NCBI GenBank assembly: GCA_947626065.1
Contig: CANQQT010000002.1
Coordinates: 76,197-140,196, forward strand
Length of the DNA: 64,000 nucleotides
Direction of reading: 5' to 3'
Source of the DNA: an uncultured Clostridia bacterium
Lineage (GTDB): Bacteria; Bacillota; Clostridia; Oscillospirales; CAG-272
The translations under genes were made by a program, and so were the position numbers. Below are positions 53,783 to 61,353 of this stretch, piece by piece (the stretch's first letter is position 1; each line of letters begins with the position of its first letter). The notes below the pieces were generated by a model. The model was not told the origin of the DNA and ran no database searches. It was given only the letters and a program-made list of their open reading frames with translations.

Positions 53783-54735
53783 CGGTGTCGTGTATTTTTG
53801 ACGATGTTTCCGAGCGGGATATGGATATGCTGATCGTGGAGGAAATGGTTTCAAACGCCGGCTTTCGAAAGCTCTTCCTTGATAAAATCGGCATTTCGGA
53901 CGCCGACATTTTGTCCGTGGAGCTGTCTAAAACCGATCCTGCTCTCGGAGAGTCCGATATCACGGTGACGCTTGTGGCGGGCGGCAAACGAATCGGCCTT
54001 TTGATCGAGGACAAGGTGGACGCCATCGCCATGCCGGAGCAAGCGGCGCGATATACGCTGCGGGGAGAGCGTGGCGTTTCGGACGGCCTATACAATGAAT
54101 TTTCTGTATTCATCGCCGCACCGCAGAAGTATCTTTCCGAAAATCACGAGGCGGCAAAATATCCGAACCGCGTTTCCTATGAGGAAATGCTCGCCTATTT
54201 TCAAAGTGCGGATGGCAGGCGAAACGAATTCCAGGCGCAGAAAGTCTCTCAGGCGATCAAAAAACAGAAAACCGGCTATCAGGTCAGGGAGGATACAGCG
54301 GTCACGGAATTTTGGCGTAGGTACGCGGAGTTTCAAAAGGCCGAGTTCCCGGACGTGTGGTTTCTCTATTCCGATGGGATAAAGGGAGCGAACGCCACAT
54401 GGCCGCGCTTTCATACCGTGGTCAAAGGGCTGTTCTTCTATCACAAATCGGAATTCGGCTGTGTCGATCTGACCTTTGAAGGCTGCGCGGAGCGAATTGG
54501 TGAGATCGAGTTGCTTCTTCAAAGTACGGTGGACGATTATTTGAAGCAGGGCTTTACGGTTCAAAGGACGGGAAAGGCCGCCGCAATAAGGCTTTCTGTT
54601 CCTGTTCTGGATTTTCATTTGCCGTTTGATGCGCAAAGCGAAAAGATTCGAGAATGCTTCACGGAGATTCGTCGGATGAACAACCTTGTCAAAGCGTTTG
54701 ATCCGGCCGATGTTTCTGCGTTGCTGACCGGCTGA
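53779..54735 (+). CDS. PD-(D/E)xK nuclease-superfamily protein (tentative)
   Basis: GESDITV...LLIEDKVDA gives a D...E-x-K arrangement. The start overlaps the MBL stop (ATGA). 318 aa. Confidence 0.6.
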   Translation: MTVSCIFDDVSERDMDMLIVEEMVSNAGFRKLFLDKIGISDADILSVELSKTDPALGESDITVTLVAGGKRIGLLIEDKVDAIAMPEQAARYTLRGERGVSDGLYNEFSVFIAAPQKYLSENHEAAKYPNRVSYEEMLAYFQSADGRRNEFQAQKVSQAIKKQKTGYQVREDTAVTEFWRRYAEFQKAEFPDVWFLYSDGIKGANATWPRFHTVVKGLFFYHKSEFGCVDLTFEGCAERIGEIELLLQSTVDDYLKQGFTVQRTGKAAAIRLSVPVLDFHLPFDAQSEKIRECFTEIRRMNNLVKAFDPADVSALLTG

Positions 54736-54771
54736 CCTTCAGCGATTTTCAATTTATATATAATTCCATAG

Positions 54772-54797
54772 AGGCGTCGTAATGCGGCGCCTTTTTT
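54772..54797 (+). terminator. rho-independent terminator
   Basis: AGGCGTCG-TAATG-CGGCGCCT 8-bp stem (one G.U pair) followed by TTTTT, 37 nt after the stop at 54735. Confidence 0.65.
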
Positions 54798-55079
54798 CTT
54801 GAAATATTTGAATTCCGCCGAGTCGGGAAAATCCGAGCACAGCAAGGATCCGAAGGCATCGGCAGGTATTTGGAATACAATATTTTCCCTCGCTTCGCTC
54901 AGGTGACAATCAGTCGCACATCGTTCCGTTTGAATATTTCGTGGAAATCGAGTAGTACGAAGGCGCGACAACGCAAAGGGTTATACATATAGTCAAATTT
55001 TATGAATCTTTTCTTTTCTCTTGACATTATTTCCACCGAGGTGTAAAATATCGGCAAAGAAAACATTTTGGAGGTACTT

Positions 55080-56165
55080 ATGTCCGATTTTCAAAACAAC
55101 AATCTACTCGTAGGTCTTTCCAATTTGAGCGATTTCGTAACCCGTTCGGTCTGCCCGGAGAATCCGACCGGGGAAAAAGGAAAGGGCGGCATGGCAACAG
55201 AGGGAACCGGCGCCAACTGCGCCTCCGCCCTCGGTCAGGGCTGGAAGATTTCTCCCAGTTATGTTCTTCCCTCCAAAACCATGAAGGTTATTGCCGACGT
55301 GCGCGGGGAGGGATCCATCCGGCACATTTGGCTGACGCCGACCGGCAATTTCCGCTTTGCCATCCTGAGAATTTACTGGGACGACAGCGCGATCCCCTCG
55401 GTGGAATGTCCTCTCTGCGACTTTTTCGCCGCCTCGCAGATTCCGAAATCCGGCGCTACCCAATTTCATCAGGTTTCCTCCCTTGCGGTCTGCGTCAATC
55501 CCCGTTACGGCATGAACTGCTACTGGAATATGCCCTTCCGCAAGGGATTCCGCGTCACGGTTGAAAATCTTGCCGACAGCGACATGGTTCTCTACTATCA
55601 GATCGACTACGTCCTCGGAAAGCAACCGGAGCAGGCCGGCTATTTCCACGCGCAGTTCCGCCGCCAAAATCCCGTTCCCTATAAAGAGGTTTACACGATT
55701 TTGGACGGTGTTCGTGGCAAGGGACAATATGTGGGAACCTATCTCCTCTGGGGATCGAACAACAGCGGCTGGTGGGGAGAAGGCGAGATAAAATTCTATC
55801 TCGACGGCGACCGGGAGTTTCCGACCATCTGCGGAACCGGTACCGAAGATTATTTCTGCGGTGCATACAACTTTGACGACAACGGCTACAAGGACTTCTC
55901 CACGCCCTATTCCGGCATGGCGATGATCCGCCCCGACGGGCTCTATTGCTCGCAGTCCCGTTTCTCGATGTATCGCTGGCACATAACCGACCCGATCTAT
56001 TTCAGTACCGACCTCAAGGTTACCATCCAAGCGCTCGGCTGGCGGGGCGGTCACAAATATCTGCCTCTACAAGACGATATTTCCTCGGTCGCTTTCTGGT
56101 ATCAGGACAAGCCGGCAACCGAAATGCTACCGCTTCCCGACCGCGATTACCTCGAAATCGTATGA
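55080..56165 (+). CDS. DUF2961 / glycoside hydrolase family 172-like protein
   Basis: GEGSIRHIWLTP...ILRIYWDD...CPLCDFFA...GTGTEDYFCGAYNF is the typical DUF2961 pattern. Start set to ATG 55080 after GGAGG. Confidence 0.8.
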   Translation: MSDFQNNNLLVGLSNLSDFVTRSVCPENPTGEKGKGGMATEGTGANCASALGQGWKISPSYVLPSKTMKVIADVRGEGSIRHIWLTPTGNFRFAILRIYWDDSAIPSVECPLCDFFAASQIPKSGATQFHQVSSLAVCVNPRYGMNCYWNMPFRKGFRVTVENLADSDMVLYYQIDYVLGKQPEQAGYFHAQFRRQNPVPYKEVYTILDGVRGKGQYVGTYLLWGSNNSGWWGEGEIKFYLDGDREFPTICGTGTEDYFCGAYNFDDNGYKDFSTPYSGMAMIRPDGLYCSQSRFSMYRWHITDPIYFSTDLKVTIQALGWRGGHKYLPLQDDISSVAFWYQDKPATEMLPLPDRDYLEIV

Positions 56166-56258
56166 CCGGCCTCCGGAGCCGCTGTGTGTTCGGCTTCCGC
56201 TTCGGTCGCAGAGCAAAGCAACATATCATGCATTTATAGAGTTCAGGAGGTGATTGGT

Positions 56259-56501
56259 ATGTCGTTAGGTAAAGGATATTTGGCAACGCTTCAAGGGAAA
56301 AAGGTTACTTTTCGGGTGGTGGATTCCTTTCCGGATCTCAAAGTCCAGTTTGTCAATTCGTTTCCGGATTATAAAGTGAAGGTCGCGACGAATGCGTCCT
56401 TTAGCACAGAGAGGATAAAGATTCAGGTTGTTACGTCTTTTCCCGACGTGACGCTGCAGAAAGTGACCGCGTTTGGAGATTTTGAGGCGTATTTCGAGTG
56501 A
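56259..56501 (+). CDS. small repeat protein with four (S/A)F(P/G)D motifs
   Basis: MSLGKGY... contains VDSFPDLKVQFVNSFPDYKVKV...VVTSFPDVTLQKVTAFGDFEAYFE. AGGAGG precedes ATG 56259. The track ORF 56184..56501 starts too early. Confidence 0.6.
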   Translation: MSLGKGYLATLQGKKVTFRVVDSFPDLKVQFVNSFPDYKVKVATNASFSTERIKIQVVTSFPDVTLQKVTAFGDFEAYFE

Positions 56502-57291
56502 AATAGGACACCCTCGTGGGGGAAGCTCCGGACGGTCTGCAAAAAAATTCAAAAAGCGCAAAATTCACCGCAAAAAATTCGGTGGGGAGAGGCAAGCCTC
56601 TCCCCGCCGCGGTTTTATATACCTTTGAATTGGTTGACAAGCCGTTATGCTCTACTTTTTTAAGGATACGAGCCTATTCCGAGAACGTAGAATTTGCCTT
56701 TGGGAGAGTATCGCGGATCGATTTTAAGAAAACGTATGCTTACCATTTAACCGTTCTGTGTTGATTCATTATTTGAATTTAATTCGCATAATTTCTTCTT
56801 CCTTAAGTGATAGGAATGCAAATCGAATGCACCATAAGCCCAACAACAAAAAAGCCATATAATAGTATCTTTTTTTCGATCAGATTAATAAGCGCTTATT
56901 CTGCCGCATCTGAATTAGTGGGCCAAGCAACGATTGTTTTATAGAGTTTTTTGTCAGCAGTTTGAAAAACAAGCGTTTGTTTCTTTTCATCCCCTGCAGT
57001 TTGTTTGCTCAATTTCTGACTTTGATTTACTATCATAATCTTTTGGGATGTGCTCTACACCGTCTCGGTTGTTTATAGATAAAGAAAGTTATTACCATAT
57101 CGTCTCCTTTGTCCGTTTTTAAACCAAACAGATGCTCTAGTCTGCCTTTTGTGTTGGCCCTAATTATACTCTTCATTTTTGTTTTTTTACTTCGCTATTT
57201 GTTGTATTTTAAACCTTTGTATCACTAATTTTGGGGATCAAAAAGAATTATTGATTTCGATCACGAATCAAATATATCATTATCACAAACA

Positions 57292-57870
57292 TTATATTTT
57301 TTTTCGCAAGACAGCCTCGCCATTTTTCATACTGAGCAATTTAAACCCATTTGCCGTATATAATTGTAGTGCGCTGTCAAAATCGGTGCAAATCATAGCA
57401 CCCTCGTGTGGGTAAACTTCTATAAATGAATATCCCTCCACCTTGGATAGCCTGCAAACCGAGTCAAGAAGCGCAGAACCTACCTCAAAAAAACTCTTTT
57501 TTCTTACTACTTTCAAGCAAACAATCGATTTAATTTTCTCTTTTTCAGGTTTTTTTGAGATATGCCGCGCAAGAAAGACGTAGTTCGCTTTGTCGTCACA
57601 ATTGCACCATCCTACGGGAAACTTGCCTTCATACGCAAGATAACCATGTATTTTATCTGCATGGATCATTTCAACTGCGACTTCACGTGAAATTTGAGAA
57701 AGCTGTGCTATGTTATTTTTTACAGGCTCAATAATTCTCGTATCAATTTCTTCTTGTGTCATGTTCCATTGTGTGCAATAGCACACAACACTACTACCTG
57801 AACTATCCTGATCAAAAATGCGAAAATAATCTTCTAACCGTGATTTATCAAAACCAACCACACAATACAT
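57292..57870 (-). CDS. GNAT-like N-acetyltransferase (tentative)
   Basis: 192-aa ORF in an AT-rich patch. The C-terminal half (FEVGSALLDSVCRLSKVEGYSFIEVY...LYTANGFK) resembles the acetyl-CoA-binding core of GNATs. Confidence 0.5.
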   Translation of the reverse strand: MYCVVGFDKSRLEDYFRIFDQDSSGSSVVCYCTQWNMTQEEIDTRIIEPVKNNIAQLSQISREVAVEMIHADKIHGYLAYEGKFPVGWCNCDDKANYVFLARHISKKPEKEKIKSIVCLKVVRKKSFFEVGSALLDSVCRLSKVEGYSFIEVYPHEGAMICTDFDSALQLYTANGFKLLSMKNGEAVLRKKI

Positions 57871-57879
57871 AACCTTATC

Positions 57880-58290
57880 TTATCTCCTACTATATGTAAA
57901 CATTCCAATGCATGAACCATTATAACTCAATATAACATTTAAATAATTATGCGAGTTATTTATTGATACAGAATAGTTCTCACTACGCGTGCAGCTATTT
58001 CCGTCGGGGGAATAACTGAATCCATATTTTGAGCTAATATCCTTCATACAGTCATCAACCGTATTATAATCATAACAACTCCAAGATGCCATCATCGGCA
58101 TAAGCTCAGGCGTAAATTCCCCAGTTGTAGCCGTGGCTTTCCCGGCTACCATTTTTTCCTCCCCTGTGGCTATCGAAATGGCCTCTTCAATAGTGGCAAC
58201 ATTCAAGTAAGCTCCGGGGATGACAAGAAGACTGCAAAGTGTAAGGATTACAATAATGCCTCTTTTGCTAGTCTTTGTAACACTCTTCAT
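57880..58290 (-). CDS. small secreted protein (hypothetical)
   Basis: 136 aa with an N-terminal signal-like IIVILTLCSLLVIPGAY. It lies 9 bp upstream of the GNAT-like gene. Confidence 0.55.
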   Translation of the reverse strand: MKSVTKTSKRGIIVILTLCSLLVIPGAYLNVATIEEAISIATGEEKMVAGKATATTGEFTPELMPMMASWSCYDYNTVDDCMKDISSKYGFSYSPDGNSCTRSENYSVSINNSHNYLNVILSYNGSCIGMFTYSRR

Positions 58291-58860
58291 ATTCGTTTTC
58301 CTTTCAGTTTTGTAATTAATTGCTCTGTTTGTATTTTCTTGTTATGCAATGCTTTTTTAATTAAAAATCCCTCAATAGGCATCACCTCTTTAAAACAGAT
58401 TTCTCTAGGCATACTTCCATTCCAAAAGCACTTTAATTATAATAAAGCGCTTTCAGAATTCAAGCAACACGAGCAATGAAAAAAGATAGTCACAGATAAC
58501 GTCATGTTATTTTTGTATAGCAATTTTGTCGTAGATTTGATTACAATCTTTGAGCAAATAAATCTCATTTTGCCAGTCAATGCGACTTTAATTTATGGTT
58601 TGCGGATCACACATACCATAAACAAATGTGCGCAACGTTAGGCAGAGGTTTGCCGTTGGCGTACGCTCCACTCCCGGTATTCTACCGGCGATAGACCAAC
58701 GGATTGAATGTGCTGATCCGAATGCGGTTGTAGTAAACGAAAATGTACCGAAGATGATCGTGTTTTCATCTGCCACTTGTCAGTTTGCACACCGCTATGT
58801 GATAGATTTTCTCCTCATTTATGGTCGCCCAAACTTTTTTTGAAATTATCGCTCCCCTCC

Positions 58861-58889
58861 TTGACAAATCTAAAATTCTGTGCTAAAAT
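58861..58889 (+). promoter_or_regulatory. sigma70-type promoter (extended -10) of the DUF3793-flavodoxin-regulator operon
   Basis: TTGACA (58861-58866), a 17-nt spacer ending TGC, then TAAAAT (58884-58889). Confidence 0.65.
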
Positions 58890-58896
58890 AATTGTG

Positions 58897-58912
58897 GTTA
58901 GCAATGGCTAAT
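58897..58912. promoter_or_regulatory. 16-bp palindromic operator candidate GTTAGC-AATG-GCTAAT
   Basis: Read directly. It overlaps the predicted transcription start, 8 nt after the -10. Confidence 0.55.
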
Positions 58913-58951
58913 TTATGCGAGGGCCGAAAGGCTCATTATTTTGGGACAGCG

Positions 58952-58967
58952 GTTAGTCAATGCTAAC
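58952..58967. promoter_or_regulatory. 16-bp palindromic operator candidate GTTAGT-CAAT-GCTAAC
   Basis: Read directly, in the 5' leader 22 nt before ATG 58989. Confidence 0.55.
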
Positions 58968-58988
58968 TAACGCAGAAAGGAAATCAGA

Positions 58989-59540
58989 ATGTCTGAGGAG
59001 CTTTTAGTGCGCCACTGTTCTCCCACGCTGGCGGGAATGAAAACCGGCAGCCTCTTTACCTGTTCCTACAAAGGCGAAGACGAAATGCGCGACGCTTTGC
59101 GGCGGTTTAACCGAATGCTTGGGAAAAAGGGGCTACGGCTGCTTCCTCTGCGATACCGGGACGGACGGGCGCTTATCTATGTGTATCGTCCGAAAAAGTT
59201 GTTTTGCGACCTGCAGCACACTACGGCTTGCGAGTTGCTGCGCACTTGCGGTTACTGCACGGAAACACCGGAACGCTGCATTGTTCACTTGATAAAGCGG
59301 CTGTCGGAAGGAGAGGATTTTCCCCATGAGATCGGCTGCTTCCTCGGTTATCCGCCGGAGGATGTGTGCGGATTCATCGAAAACAAAGCGCAGGGGTGTA
59401 AATGCGTCGGCTGTTGGAAGGTTTACGGGGATGCGAAAGCGGCGCAGCTGCTCTTTGCAAAGTATCGAAAATGCACGGAAATCTATACCGAGCAGCTTGC
59501 CAAAGGAAAGTCTATCGAACGGCTCACCGTAGCCGGTTGA
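58989..59540 (+). CDS. DUF3793-family protein
   Basis: LVRHCSPTLAGMKTGSLF...FPHEIGCFLGYPPEDVCGFI...CWKVYGD matches the DUF3793 pattern as I recall it. Confidence 0.7.
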   Translation: MSEELLVRHCSPTLAGMKTGSLFTCSYKGEDEMRDALRRFNRMLGKKGLRLLPLRYRDGRALIYVYRPKKLFCDLQHTTACELLRTCGYCTETPERCIVHLIKRLSEGEDFPHEIGCFLGYPPEDVCGFIENKAQGCKCVGCWKVYGDAKAAQLLFAKYRKCTEIYTEQLAKGKSIERLTVAG

Positions 59541-59572
59541 TATAAAAAAGAAAACAGAAAGGGTTACTTATC

Positions 59573-59995
59573 ATGAGTAAAATTGCGATTGTTTATTGGA
59601 GCGGCACCGGGAATACCGAGGCGATGGCGGGAGCCGTAGCGGAGGGTGTAAAAAGCGCCGGTGCGGAAGCGAAGGTCATTCCCGCGGCGGATTTCAGCGC
59701 CGCCCGCATGGAGGACTTTGACGCTGTGGCTTTCGGCTGCCCCGCTATGGGAGCGGAAGAATTGGAGGATAGCGAGTTTTTGCCGATGTTTGAAAGCTGC
59801 GAGTCCGGTCTTTCCGGCAAAAAGATCGCGCTGTTCGGCTCCTACGGCTGGGGAGACGGCGAATGGATGCGCAGTTGGGAGCAGCGGTGCAAAAACGATG
59901 GCGCAGTCCTTGCCTGCGACGCCGTGATTTGCAACGAGGCGCCGGATGACGAGGCCGTGGCCGCCTGCAAAGCTCTCGGCGCAGCGCTTGTGTAG
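59573..59995 (+). CDS. short-chain flavodoxin
   Basis: MSKIAIVYWSGTGNTEAMA (FMN phosphate loop) and LFGSYGWGDGEWM; 140 aa. Confidence 0.9.
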   Translation: MSKIAIVYWSGTGNTEAMAGAVAEGVKSAGAEAKVIPAADFSAARMEDFDAVAFGCPAMGAEELEDSEFLPMFESCESGLSGKKIALFGSYGWGDGEWMRSWEQRCKNDGAVLACDAVICNEAPDDEAVAACKALGAALV

Positions 59996-60024
59996 GAAAC
60001 TTTTCGGAAAGGGAGGGAATATCG

Positions 60025-60861
60025 ATGTCGGAAGCAGCGGACGTGTTATGGCTGCGGGTGCTTTTGTGCTTTCAAAGTAAGGATACCAAAATGCAGACCG
60101 TCACGGGGATCGCCCACACACTGAATGAGAAAAAATATACCGTCTCCCGCATCCTGATCGCCATGGAAAAGGACGGGCTGCTGGATCGCTGCGATGAACG
60201 CAGCCCGAAGCTGACCGAAAAGGGTCAGGCGGAGATGGAACGCTATGCAGAACGTGTTCGAGTCGCTCTGAACCATCTGTTGTATGAGGGCGTCAATATC
60301 GAGAGCGCAAAACAGGATGCCATGCGTTGGGCGCTGTATAATTCGGAGGATACCGACAGGGTTCTCCGCAATTCGGATGAAATTTACCGTGTCAAATACG
60401 AGCTGCGAGGGAAAAAGACTATCAGCGGCAGCGAGCTTTTCAAAATGTTTGGCGACGGCGTGTATACCTTTCCCTTTACCTTTTACCGGGTCAAGGCAAA
60501 GAACGGCGAGCTGGTTTCCATGGCGGACGACGCTTTTGAACACCCTTGTTTTCTGACTGTTCGGAACGGAATCGGGACGATTCAACTGCACGCTGTTTCC
60601 ATGACGGGGATCTCCGCTTCCACCGGAAAAATGATGAGCGGGAAAATCCAAACCATGAAATATTGGGACCACGGAGAATACATCGGCGCGGAGAGCCGGG
60701 GCGATGTACTTTCCTTTCCGGCGGCGCCCATGAAGTTCAAAAATATGGGTGCAAACTTGCAACAAACTCTCGACGGAACGCTGTTTATGAAGATGAAATG
60801 CTCGGTTGGCGTGCTTCATATGCCGGAAGCGGAGGCCGTTTTCACGATGAAAATTCAATAA
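60025..60861 (+). CDS. DtxR/MntR-like winged-helix regulator with unrecognised C-terminal domain (tentative)
   Basis: The N-terminal ~90 aa (TVTGIAHTLNEKKYTVSRILIAMEKDGLLDR...LTEKGQAEMERYAERVRVALNHLL) resemble the DtxR-family DNA-binding and dimerisation helices. GGGAGGG ribosome-binding site. Confidence 0.5.
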   Translation: MSEAADVLWLRVLLCFQSKDTKMQTVTGIAHTLNEKKYTVSRILIAMEKDGLLDRCDERSPKLTEKGQAEMERYAERVRVALNHLLYEGVNIESAKQDAMRWALYNSEDTDRVLRNSDEIYRVKYELRGKKTISGSELFKMFGDGVYTFPFTFYRVKAKNGELVSMADDAFEHPCFLTVRNGIGTIQLHAVSMTGISASTGKMMSGKIQTMKYWDHGEYIGAESRGDVLSFPAAPMKFKNMGANLQQTLDGTLFMKMKCSVGVLHMPEAEAVFTMKIQ

Positions 60862-60902
60862 GCGGATTGTGAAATTGGTTAAAACGCCGAAAATAAAAAG
60901 AA

Positions 60903-60922
60903 TTGTTGCAAAGGTGCTACAA
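60903..60922. promoter_or_regulatory. 20-bp near-palindrome TTGTTGCA-AAGG-TGCTACAA
   Basis: Read directly. It differs by one mismatch from the perfect copy at 60991-61010. Confidence 0.45.
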
Positions 60923-60990
60923 AACAAAATCCCGCATTTATGGGCTTTTCCCCGGATCGACCTCTCAAAAATGCCCGATTTCAGGCCGTT

Positions 60991-61010
60991 TTGTAGCATG
61001 GCTGCTACAA
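60991..61010. promoter_or_regulatory. 20-bp perfect palindrome TTGTAGCA-TGGC-TGCTACAA
   Basis: Read directly. It lies just upstream of a TGcTATAAT extended -10 element (61039-61047). An extra half-site TGCTACAA lies at 61141-61148. Confidence 0.5.
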
Positions 61011-61123
61011 ACCCGCTATGGAAAAAATCAAAGAAAAATGCTATAATAAATATGCCAAAGGGAAAAATCCGATTGGCAGATGCCCCGGTCGAAAGCGGCG
61101 CGGGGCAAAAAATAAGGGCATGG

Positions 61124-61139
61124 GTTAGCCGTAGCTAAC
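61124..61139. promoter_or_regulatory. 16-bp palindromic operator candidate GTTAGC-CGTA-GCTAAC
   Basis: Perfect palindrome arms, same family as 58897, 58952 and 61301. Located in the leader of the NEAT-like gene. Confidence 0.55.
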
Positions 61140-61300
61140 TTGCTACAACCCGTAAAAAGAAGGTTATCGCTTATTCCTCAAAGCGTATGGATATCGGTTG
61201 AGTGAGCGAACAGCTTCCCCAACCGACCAGGAGAAAACAGAACAGGAGGCGAGGAACCGATTAGACAGGCCGGAGAGACGGTCAAATTTCAAGCCTGCGT

Positions 61301-61316
61301 GTTAGCTTTGGCTAAC
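61301..61316. promoter_or_regulatory. 16-bp palindromic operator candidate GTTAGC-TTTG-GCTAAC
   Basis: Perfect palindrome arms, 38 nt before ATG 61354. Confidence 0.55.
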
Positions 61317-61353
61317 CCGCTCCACAGAACGAAATACAAACAGGAGGTATTTT

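Noticed and set aside
58588-58776. 62-aa minus-strand ORF (MADENTIIFGTFSFTTTAFG...) in the AT-rich patch.
   Set aside because: It has no ribosome-binding site, no recognisable motif, and it overlaps another equally weak ORF on the other strand.
61083-61116. Hairpin CCCCGG...CGCGGGG followed by an A-run, resembling a minus-strand terminator.
   Set aside because: No minus-strand gene ends there, and on the plus strand it lacks a U-tract. It is probably incidental.
61055-61353. The 300-nt leader of the NEAT-like gene, examined as a possible riboswitch (e.g. cobalamin or heme-related).
   Set aside because: No conserved riboswitch core (such as a B12 box) is visible. The palindromic DNA operators explain the conspicuous symmetry better.
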